DNA from: Macrostomum lignano
Lineage: Eukaryota
Direction of reading: 5' to 3'
Assembly: GCA_002269645.1 (NCBI GenBank)
Contig: NIVC01000655.1
Location: 1 to 64,000 of the forward strand
Length of the DNA: 64,000 nucleotides
Shown: positions 38,301-50,300 of the stretch, piece after piece
Layout of the letters: every line of letters begins with the position of its first letter
Position numbering within the stretch: the stretch's first letter is position 1
Program-made: the position numbers and the translations under genes
Notes under the pieces: model-generated
Database searches by the model: none
What the model saw: only the letters and a program-made list of their open reading frames with translations
What the model was told of the DNA's origin: nothing

Positions 38301-41300
38301 CTATCATCCCGTTGATAGCTATCCTCTTGTTCAGAGAGAAGCTGAAGAATTGCAAGTTGGCTATTTACTGCGATAAGTGGTCGGACTGCTGCATGATCAA
38401 CAATGGCGTTGCCAATGGCGTTGGGTCTAGGGGCTGCTGCAGACTGTCCTTGCTGTGTTTGCAAAATGATATTTGGTGCCAGGCCGTGCACATCCCTGGG
38501 CAGTTCTCGCTTCGCGTTTGCATGATAGTAGGCAATTAGGAGTAGTCAATTTTCTCATGCGTTTCTATGGCACAACTCAGATTGATGCCGAAGAGTTCGT
38601 TTCCCATGCTGTCAGCCCCTCTTCTCTCCTTTTCAGGTCGCCCGGCTGCACCAGGGCTTCTGAGCGCGCGCGCCATCCAGCTTCTGAGCACTTCCTTCGC
38701 CCTTTGGTCGCGCGCCGTGATCAGCTCGCAGATTCGATCGTGGCTTCTGCACTGCGAGACACTTGGCCGCGACCCGCTGCGGTGTTGCGAGGCAACATTT
38801 CTAAACTATCTGGCAGGGCTCACCGAGTCGCGTCTTAAGAGCTTCGGCAGCCTAAAATGTCACGCTAGCGCCTTGTCTCTCTGGTTCCGTCTGAATAGCA
38901 GCATCGACCTTACCAAGGGAGATGCAGTGCAGCATCTGCTACGGGGTGTCAAACGCGAGCTCGGCCTTCAGCCAAGCCAGAAGCTTCCTCTGTCTCCGGA
39001 CGATCTTCTGGCAATCCGAGATCATTAGAGTACATTGAGCGGCATCGGAGCAGCCTGTTGGGCTCTTACTCTTTGCGCCTGGTGGGATATGCTGAGGAAG
39101 TCAAGCTTGCTGCCTCGCTTCCCCGGTGGCAAACCGGCAGTGCTACTATGCGACCTGCAGCATCACCAAGCAGGGCTCGTGCTGCGCCTAGGCTACGGCA
39201 AGACGATCCAGTTTAAGGAGCGCTGGCACAGTGTGCTGCTACCTAAGCTTCACCCGGGACATCCGCTCTGTCCGGTGGCAGCGATCCGGCTGCATGTCCG
39301 CCTCAATCGCTTGTCTGGACCTGACCAGCTTCTTTGGTCCAGCAGCTAAGGTGGCAGAGTGTCGCCACTGGTTGCTAGGCAGTTTGACGTCATCCTGGCT
39401 CGCGCGCTGCGAGGCGCGGTTTGCGACTCCTCGCGCTACTTTGCTCACAGCCTACGCAGTGGAGGCGCTACTTGGGCCGCTCGCTTTGGTCTATCGGTTC
39501 AGGAAGTGCTTCCGTGATTGGTGCAGTGATGCGGTGCAGCGCTACCTACCCCGGTACACCTCGTGTCCCCTTGTTCCTTGCTGGGCGCAGCGGACTAATG
39601 TACGGGTTTGTGCCGCCAGTGCAAACCGGCTTTAGTCAGCCAGCCCAGCTTGGCCTTGGGTGGGTGTTGGTTGGGAGGGTGGTTGCTCTGGGTTATGCTT
39701 ATAACCCCACGTTGTATCAGTTGGGAGGCTGTTCGCCCGAGCTCAATTTTTTTGCATTGTTGCTCATGCTCTTATTCAAAATTAATTGGTTAAAAATTTT
39801 CCTGTATGATTTTTTATCAACATCTCAGTCCAGTTTTAATGAAATATTTGAAATATACATGTACTCGTAGTGTCGCTATTCCAGCAATTCTCTCACCGGT
39901 TGGGCCAGTTTTGACGTCTCCTTCTGCCACACCCTCGTGTCCCCTTGTTCCTTTCTGAGCGAAGCGGACTACTTGCACTTTATGTCTAGACTATGATATT
40001 ATAAAAAATATAGATATCACGATTTTCAAGACATTATTTTCCTATTGAGGAATTCAGTTACAGAGCATGATGCAACTCTCACAATGCCTGCAATTTCAAA
40101 CATCAAGTCTAGTTGTGGCTTTAATTTTTGCTCTTTTTGTCTATGCTGGCCTTAGTGCCCTAAAATTCTATAAGAGTTGCATCACGCTCTATATGAGTTA
40201 AGTACGCTATTTTCCGGACACTATTAATTTGTGCCTCGAGCCATCGGCTCTCGGGACACTACGAGTAAAAAATAGAAGATAAAGATAAAGCATGCTTTAT
40301 ATATTCTTGCATATATTCAATTTTCCCGGAAAACGTATGTTTTTTTAGCTAATTTTAGCTTTCTAAAAGTCCGTTGAATCTTGTATATACAACATATAGG
40401 TACGACGTCCAAGACATTATTTCCACTCTCCTGGAGCTTATTTGGTAATATTCCATATTATCCCGGAAATTGTTAATCCTATTATATAATCGTAAATTCT
40501 ACAGTACTATCTGAAAATGTTTTGCGGCGCCAAAACAGAGCAATGCAGGCACACGAAATGAAGGAACATAGGCTAACTGTTTGTTGCGCACCCTCCCTGA
40601 AACAAAAATCAAGTCCTATGAACCATGAATACCCTATTGCGTATTCCATAGTCACCTTGGAGCCACCCGTTGAAAGTGCCGACATCGTCTGGATGATGAA
40701 CGACGGCTTTAGAGCCTAATTGAGAATACCTATAAGCAGTTGAGGCTTGCCCACACTGTCGAAGTTAGATCAGGGACATCAGAGAAAGTCGCAATAGGGT
40801 GTTCACTGTCCATAGTGATGAACGAAGTCATAGCTGATGTAGTCTCTTGTCATCGATGTGCTGATGAATTCAGAGACTTAGCACTGTGGCGCAGTGCTGA
40901 TTAACGCACAGGGGTGTACTGAATATACTAGTGCTTATGGAAAAAATCCCACCTTCTGGTAGACGTGTTGAATATCTCGACGGTCTGGAGGGCCGGCGAA
41001 TTTATTCTTGTTTGAGAAGGTGAACAAAAAAAGTAAGCCGGTGCTCTTGAATTTTGTGTGCCTGTGTTTTGCCTCGTTCTGGCGCAGCAAAAGAAATTAT
41101 CAGGGTGGGTTCTCCTCCCTCTCGGTGGTTGGAAGGGTGAAAAAATGGCTTGGTATTCCAAACGTTGCATCAAGAGTGCATGCTACTTTAAACATGTTTT
41201 TACAGATTGTTTTACTTTAACAATATGACAGTGTGATCTATGTTCTTGTTACACAAAAGTCTATGGTTTTGCCCTTAGATCCTAATGTAAATTATAGATT

Positions 41301-44300
41301 GATCCCAAGTCTTGATCATAACTTTAGCTCTTCCCTTCTTCACTCGTATGACTGTAAAGATAATGATATTTTAATATCCAATCACATATACTAAATCGTT
41401 TCTAAATTCACACTAGAAACGACAGACGCAATTATCACAAACAAAATAAAACTGTAAGAACTTCAACAAATATAAACACAAACGAGCAAGGAAATATCAC
41501 TCACTTCACCAATGTAATATGGATGGCCATTTGGACAAACTGAAATTGAATTGGACAAATGATTAAGTTGAATAGTTCTTTTATAAAACTGGCTATCATT
41601 GTAAGATTTTATATGTATGTTAAATTAAGATAGTTTTAAAGAGTCTGAAATGACTTTGAGTAGCTAAAATTAATTAATATTCGTATTTAACTACTAAACC
41701 TTTTCTCGTCCAATTTCAACAAAAAAACATTTCTTTTTAGATGAGACGATATTCTTTTTAGACTCTCTGGTTTGGAGCACAGCTCCAAGCATTCAAATTA
41801 GACAAACTCAAATTCTTTTTAGCCAGTAAATATTCAGTTTAGACACATACTTTAATTTTGGCTTCGGTCTATGGTTATAAGTTACTGCTTGCAAACAAAT
41901 TGTCATTCAATTTAGACAAGCAACATTCTATTTCGTCACAAGGAAAGGGCCGGACTGGCTAAAAATGTGTACGAACCTAAAAACCTGTCGCTTCTTTCAA
42001 ATCACCATGTCGTCTTTTACTGTTTTTTTATTTAAAACCAAATGAAAGAGAGAGAGACAGAGATAAAGAGACAGATATGCAGAACAAGAGAGCAAGAGTG
42101 AGAGAGAATAAGACAGACAGACAGACTGCGCGTCAAACATAGCGTATGTTCTGCCCCCCTTTGATCGCTTTTCTCTTCTTCCCGATCGGACGATGGAATA
42201 TGCCGTAGTTCTTTTGATTCCCATCCTCTCCGCTAAGTAAACAAAATCCTCACCAGTCTCGTGGGCATCCAGAAGTCGTGCTCGATCTTCGTTGGATATT
42301 CTCCTATAGGGCCCTCGTCGGTCTTGTTCTTCTTCAACCCCTTCTTCTACATCACCGAGCTCTTCTTCGTCTTCTCGAATTTCTTCGATAATCCCATCTT
42401 CATCTTCTACATGTACCAAAGCGGCCATCTTTTTCTTATAAAATGTGCGAAGTAGATTTTTTAGTGTGTACTTTTAAAAGTTATCGTTGGAAAAGTTAGA
42501 AAAGGAAGAGTGAGCCTGTGCTTGGTGTCTAAAATGAATGTTGGCTGTTTAAATTGAATGTGCCAACACCCCCATATGACACTTTTAACCACAGACGTTT
42601 TATTCCCGCACAAGTATGTGTCTAAACTGAATATTCACTGGCTAAAAATAATTTGAGTTTGTATAATTTGAATGCTTGGAACTGTGCTCCAAACCATAGA
42701 GTGTCTAAATCGAATATCGTCTTGTCTAAAAAGAACTGTTGTTTTGTTGAAATTGAACGAGAAAAAAGTGTACCTATGATGATAAAATAAATTATTTTTT
42801 AGCCATGGACGCCCCAGAGGTTGGGCTGCCGTGCTTTTCAACCTCATTTGAAGGAGGTTGAAAACGTTGTACACGTATACTACATGTACAGTTTCGTCTA
42901 TTTATCCAACTCAGGCTTTGCTCCAGAACATGGAGGATGGAGTATTCGCCTGTAGAGGGTCTATGGTCAAAGCTCAGAAACGCCTTGGGATTTAGCTACC
43001 CATTAAGAATTCTATTAGCTGGAAAACTCTACAAATATCTCTCTCGCTCGTTCATGGCAGACACATCTTTTAGGATTTGCTCATGAAATTTATATGCCCG
43101 ACTGTAGATTATTCCTGGGGGGAGTATTTGGGGGAGTAACCAATGTTTAAACAGTTTTACAGTTTCAAAATGGTGAGTCGAAGCTGATCGAGATTAGAGC
43201 AACAGACCTGAACTGATATGCTAGCATAAACGGTGGAATCAGGCATGTGCTCGTAAACTTACCGTAGGCGCCAAGGCGTTCATTTAGCCTCACCGCATTA
43301 AAAGCCTCAAACAGCTCATCGTGAGGCATTGCTGGGAGGTACCAATCACAGCGGTGCTTTGCCAGTTGCGACAGAAATTCTGTGAAGTCAGACTTGCCCT
43401 TAGACGTCAGCAAACAAAAGTAGAAATGGATAAGCAGAGACTTTGTCTGATGTCCTTCGAATGAGTTCAGTTCGACCGCCCTTAGCTCCTTGGCCAGCTC
43501 CTTAAACGTTCAAGGCAGTTTCAGGGTCTAAATATGGAGTCTGCAAACTATTTTAAGTTAGAGTCAGACATAGAATCTAGTGCGACTGTGGTCCAGAGAG
43601 AGGAGAGAGCAGTGTGGAGAGGAGGGGAGAGAGGAGAGAGAGGAGAGGGGAGAGAGAAGAGAGGGAACAGGAGGGGAGAGCATGATACCAGACCGCAGAC
43701 CTAAGTTCATGGATGAGACTAAGACCTATAGCAAATGCTAATGAAACTGATCTGGCTTGCTTTTGGGCTTTTACAAAAACTCTTTTTGTTGCAGATAATT
43801 GTGCAATTTTTCATGCCGAGTTCTGGATTAGCTACAGATACATGTACTCGTACATGCATCAATGATCAACTAAAACAAAAGCCTTCCAATTTATTATACT
43901 TCGGTCGTCACTACCAAGACTGTAGTAAGAACTTGCATTGCCTGTGTCAGAAAAGTTATAACTAAGCCGATCAAGTCGAGAATCCACATTCGCTGCGGCT
44001 TGATCGGCTAAATTATCAACTTAACTGATAAAATCAATCCTCAAATGCTAAAATCTGCTGTCAGTAACCTTTGAAAAGGATGTTTCTGGGTAACTAAAAG
44101 ATACGTATCAATCCTACCTTTGTTTCTGGCTTCATCAAGGTCTCGATGCTGTCAAGGCAGTGTTGCAGCTGATTTCGGTTCACTTCCATAGGGGCGTGGT
44201 GTATTAGATTTTCCCAGTTGACGGCAGCCAATGCAATAACGCAGTTTTCTTGGTCGAAGTCTCCTGGTTTCTGTGACGAATATAAATAAAGGAATAGTTT

Positions 44301-47300
44301 TTGTTTAGAAACAATAGCACCACAATATTGCTATTGAATGATATAGGTCCTATATTGATAATGTATATAATAGCTATTATTAATTTATGGATACAAAAAT
44401 TCTAGTGTATAGCCCTCTGCACATGAAATACGTTTTCAGAAAACATTTTACCTGTGCATCCTTGTCGCCAGATAGATAAGAGCGCCATAGAAAGCGTTTT
44501 ACTTCTCTGTATTCCTCCGAGTGGCTCTGCAGTAAGTCGGGCATCGGCGGTGGGCCTTGGTTTGGGTCAAGTTCAGTAGCGAAAACATCCGACAAAAATT
44601 CGTCAGTTTGCAGGCGCTCAAGCGTAGCGCAGGTGCCTCCAGCCATGCTCAGACTGCGGAGGAAGAAAATCCTGCTCCAGTCATGGGTTTTTAAGATGTC
44701 TGATACTTGTTGGTAAAGATCTATGCCTGAAATATTTATTTCAATAGAGACAACTGGTGATTCTTTTGGAAGCCGAACAATTGATGCTGCAAAATTTGAA
44801 AGAAATATTCTGTGATCAACAACTCTGTGCAGAAACTCGGTATCTAAACATTCGACAGTCGTAGGGAGCTCTGAAAACTTCAAAAACGAGCCTCTCAGCC
44901 TGCTCTCTTCATCATTTTTAGCGGATTTAAAGTAAGCCAAATCCTCCAGACAGTTGAGAATGACAAGTTCTAACTCTTGCTGACTTTCCGTTCCCATGGC
45001 ATTCGCTGCCTCCTTAATGTGCTGCGATAGTTGGTTAACGACTTCATCGTAGTTAAATTTCAAGAGTTGCTGCAGAATAAATGATCTGAACACGGGAGAC
45101 GGGTCACGGTCATCAGAGAAGAAGCCAAACACGGTGGCCTCAGACGAGTTTCTTGTCACGTATGTCAGCAGATGCCTGCACAGTTCCTCGTCTGGAATCT
45201 CCAGATGAGGTTCTTCTGGGCTGTTTCCTGCTGGAACGTCAGTCTTGAAGCACAGCTGGGACACAAGTTCTAGCATGAAAAAATTGCATCTGGCTTTAAA
45301 TTTGTCGAGAGCTTCGGGCCTAGCAGAGTTGATTGCTGCTGGGTCAAACTCCTGCTTGCACTTTGGACACTTGCTCGTACCATCGTCATCTCCATCCGAC
45401 TTTGGTAGACAATCTCCACAGATTCGGTCATTGCAAGGAAGAAGCGTCAGTCGATCATTTCGTTTTTCACACTTTGAGCAGGTTGAAGTTCTAAAAGGTT
45501 GCCATTTCAGTTTAGACTCGATGGAAGTATCTAAATAGCTTGTTAAAATACTGTAGATGTAGATGTTATATAAGAAATTCCCTAGTCACAGAAGACATAC
45601 ATGAAGGGAACAAGCTGACCTTACATAAGATTAGAATTTAATAACTTCAAATATTCTCAATAAACTAAGGGAGAATGCATTTCTCAGTTCCGAAGCGTTC
45701 GCTAATACTGACGGGTAGCTGAGTAATTTTACCTTTTATCTACAATTGTGATGATGAAAATAACAAAGCAAAGAATACTATGAAGGTTTAAATTGATCCC
45801 AGCACAGCTTGTTGTTACTAAACTAAATCTGCGACATCGTTTGCTTACCCGGATATTTTTTCTGTCAAATTCTTGTTCGCATCCTCCAAAAAGTTTTCGA
45901 CCAATCGAATTCCACCAGACTTCTTGAAGCTCAAGTCCGGGTTTTTTAGGAGGGACTGAAAGTTAAATTCGTGGCCATGTATATATCGTTTACGTATAGC
46001 AAGTATATTGATACCAAATAAATAACATTATAATATTAATACAAGTAATTCCACCAAATATAATATAATTCAGTATAACCTACACAAAGCATTTTCAGGG
46101 GTATATTTTGCATCATAGAACTTACATTCCAGAGTCGAATCGGCTTAATTGATGATTCATTTAGTTTTTCTTTGTCAAAAGGTGCTGAAACATTCTTGAG
46201 GAACAGAACAACACAAATAACCTTGTCCCATCGCTGAGCCATATCGCCTTTTCTGTGCCTATGCAGCAGTCTGGAGATTATTGCCTGTGACTTTTCAAAC
46301 AGGTCAATCCACTCGCTACGTCCCATTGCTGTGTTTAGAGACAGTTTCTTCTGTTCAAATATCTCGATGAAGGCGCAGAATGTTGCCTAAAATGAAACTT
46401 GTCATTATAGATAGTCAAATAAGTACACTATGAAAGTAAATTCCTAAACTACTTTATCAATGCGATACTAAAGCGTTACAAGTATACGAGCTACAAGCAA
46501 ACGAACAAACAAATCTTAGAAGTTTAGCTAGTACATGTAATAGGCGGAAGAAGCCCTACCTCTGCTAGATCTCGTAGATGATTGACTGGTGGCAGCTTGC
46601 CGACCAACCCGTGTGTCTTTTTTGCGAGTTTGATAAACAAGTCAATCTGACTCTTGAATTCCACTGCTGTCCCAATGCTTGCACGAATCGCTGATAAAAG
46701 TGTGTCACCTAACCGATCACTGATGGTCGCTATTAGAATTTTCTGCAACACAATAGCTTCACTTTCCGCGATAGATTGGAACTTTATATGCAAGAGGTCA
46801 TGACAGAAGCTTTCAATAAGCTCTCTGCTGACACCCCGACTGGCGAGAACTTTTTGGAGAGCTGAGTCTTCAATTCCTTGCATGTACTGGGGACCAGCCG
46901 AACGCTTTGTGTCCTCAAAGCTTTCCAAGTGACTCAAAACGGCCCACGAAAATGGAAATTTGCTGGAAAAGTGATGGCCATCAGAAGCAGAGCTGAACAC
47001 TTCGACTCTGTTGACCTCCAGCTGCTCCTTCATCAGCTGATCAGTTGCATCGTCGAAAGCTGATGCTGGCTCGAGAAGTTGCAGCCAAAGATCTCTCGTA
47101 TCCGAACACACATAGTTCTCCAGATTGCTGTCCTTGTCAAGGAACGCCAAAAGACAGGCAAAGGCTGGCGCGACCTTCTGTTTCAGGATTCGCCATATGC
47201 TCTCTCTGAAAAATGAAACAAAACGGGATAAAAAGCTCTCTTAATAACTTGCTTTACTTAATTAAGAAAGAATGCAAGCTCAGTAACACATGAGCTACGA

Positions 47301-50300
47301 GATAGATAGCATTATTATGACTAGGTAGCATTCTAGAACACGTGGAACATATTTTATTGTAGATATTCTAGAAACAAAGCGTAATCCTAGAATTTTATGC
47401 ATCCTAAACGAAACGGCAAACCGGCTTAGTGCCCGGGCAGGGGCTTTAATTGTCTGCGGGGCCAGATGTACGTTACTGGATGATCTTGGCTTTTTCTTGA
47501 TAGGAGATGAAAGTGTGGGTTTTAGAGTTTTTGATAGTGCTGATTTCAAACTTGCAACCAACTCGGTTTTTTATCTACGAGCTAGCTTACATGTGTACCT
47601 ATGTAGCTCAAAACCAACCCTGGGACAGGGAAATGTAGTGAAATAAACAAAGGATTAATTTAATAACAATCTACCGCCGCGGCCTAACTAAGTAAATTTT
47701 TCATCAAAATGTTTCATTAGACAAGTTTCTTAACATTCAACTTGTTATTGTGAAATCAGCTTTGACAAAAACTCCAAAGCAGCATATTTTAATCCTATAC
47801 CAGAATACAAAACTAGTAAGAAGTTAATAAAAAAACTTATTAAATAGATAGTACGAAATATTTGACACGAAGTAGTTAAAACGCTTACGGAATAAAAACT
47901 GCCATACCAGGGACAAACATTTCTATAAAACGTTTTCGTATACTACATTGAAATGCATAGCGAAAAATCAAGGGGTACTGTACAGGTCGAACTAGTAATA
48001 GGAAGTATTTTACTAGCCTAATCTTCAAGAAGTCTCTTCGTGGTTTGCGTAATTGTGTAATCTATTTTTATTAATAGTATTGTAAAAGGAAACTTACATC
48101 AATGTCCCAGCCTCTAAAACATTTTTACTAGAAGCAGCAATTTTGGTGAGCCATGCTTTCGGTTCATATTTGTACGAATTTTGTTGACTTTTCTCTTTCT
48201 TCTGCAAAGCCATTTGCAAAAATGGCTCAATTTTACGCAGAAACTCAGAATCTGGAAAACATTGGAGTGTAAATAAATTTTAAGGAAATAAATTTTGTCT
48301 AAGACATCAGTCAAACCTACCATCTAATGCCGAGATTAAACAGTCTTGTCTGTGCATCGGCCGTGCTTCATCTCCACTTCTGTCGTTAAGAAGGCTAAGA
48401 GCAGTGAAAAGCGTATCCTTTAACAGGAGTTTTGTATTTGCCGGCTTGCGCAACTCCCAATGCAATATATTCTCGCCATCATTAGCCAAAGTGTCAGCCT
48501 CCTCGCTAGACGATGGGAATAGTTTGTTCAGAGACTCCAGCTCATTTAGCAGGCGCACATTTAAGCGACTTGGTTGCAGAAGCTGCTCAATGTGCACACA
48601 GTGCCAGAGACCACAGTCGTACCCAGAGAAAGAGTTGTTCAGACTTCTCACGAGTTTTATAATCAGAATGATTTTGCGTGAACCGGCGCAGTCTGTATTC
48701 TGCCTGATCTCCTCTTCAATTAGGTGCTTCACACAGTAGATCAAATCCTGATAGCCAGTACCGACACCTTCGTACTGCAAAATGAGTGTCTCATTCGACT
48801 CTCTACTGTTCTTTAGGATTTCAATGAACTGTGATTCAGTCTCGCACACGTTCAGGTTTCTGTGCGCTACTCGTCCAAGCTTTGAAATCGAGGCTGGCAG
48901 CTGATTTAACTCTTCAGTATTGAGGAGTCTGTCAAATGTGGTGATCTGCAGAAGGGGTGTTTGAAAATTATGCACTTCAAGAAACGATTGGAGGCACCCA
49001 AGACCACAGATTTTGAAGTATTGCTGAAGTAAACGCCTTCTTTCGTTATCGTCATTCACTCTCAACAAGCTGTCGGGAGTAGCAACGGCAAGAATTCGGC
49101 TTTGCAAGGAACTCTCTGAAGCATCCACCTCCAAGGACAGGGAAGGAATCATGTCTTCGTGAAATCCGACAAACACACCAGCAAGTTTTTCTCCCTGGCT
49201 AAAGCCTTCAGCCCATGCCCGCTGTTTGGCGCAAAACTCTTGCTTCTGGCGGTCCATCAATGCCTGCGAGGTCAGCTTGTGCTTCTCCAAACGATTAATT
49301 AACGGAATGGGAAACTTCTCATTCACAGTGCGATCGTCAGCAACAACGATGATTCGAAAGTTTGCATTTACCCTGCTCTTAAGCCTGTGGGTTCCTAAGC
49401 CAAGATCGACAAACCTGTTGCCACTGCACTCCTCATAGCATAGGTTAAGCACATCGTAGAGTGACTCATAAAGCGCCTCTAGGTTCATAAGAACGATTGT
49501 GCTTCCGCGCTCCATACAGATCTTTATCCGGTTTATTGTCTTGCATACCGTTGTGTACTCTTGATCTTTTGGAAAGCTGCTGCCAAAAATTATCTTCAGC
49601 TCAACGTTGCTAAGAAGCTGCTTCAGCAGCTTGACTCCAGAGTAGTTCTCTGCTATGAGAAGCAGGTACCGCTGATCAGGACCCGTGGAATGCAATGCAT
49701 CACTTAGTGGAGAGTAGTCATTGAGGTCTGCCTGAATTGATCCATTTGTTGAACAGTAAAAATTCACAGGATCGAACTTGTCCAGACCACTAAAGTTTCG
49801 TAACAATGCTTTAGCGACATGGTTGTCGCCGATGACTTTTCTCGCCTTGGATTCTTTGAGCAGATGCTTCAGTAGGCTGAAATAGTCTCGGAGCCCGAAA
49901 AACTCTCGCTCAATGTTTGGTCCGCAAAATATCTTCAGATAGAATTTTGTCAGGGGTTCCACGTACTTACCAATGGGCTCCACTCGTTCTTTGCAGATTC
50001 CTTTGGCGGTTTCAATAAGATCTTCATGAGTGGGAACATCCCGCAGCAAATACAATCCTCTGTTCATTTTTGCCGGGTCTAGAGCCCAATTAGATATGCC
50101 AACGAATCCCACTTTACGGCATAGTCTCTGTGAAGCACTGTCGCCTGCTTTGCTGGATTCAGAGCTTACAGGAATGCCGTCTTCTAGTAATGGATGCAGC
50201 ACTTTTAGTGGCATTTTTGGTGAGTCTTCCGCCAAACCAATCTCGTCTAGAACTACCACAGGAACAAACTCAGAGTCTTTGAAGTTTTTCTGTTTGTGCG

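Noticed and set aside
43501-43545. Apparent stop/frameshift in RNF213 using upstream acceptors (TTGCAG, ATTTAG)
   Set aside because: The acceptor TTTAAG| at 43501-43502 gives an in-frame KPETK|ELAKEL that aligns gap-free with the human sequence, so the gene need not be broken.
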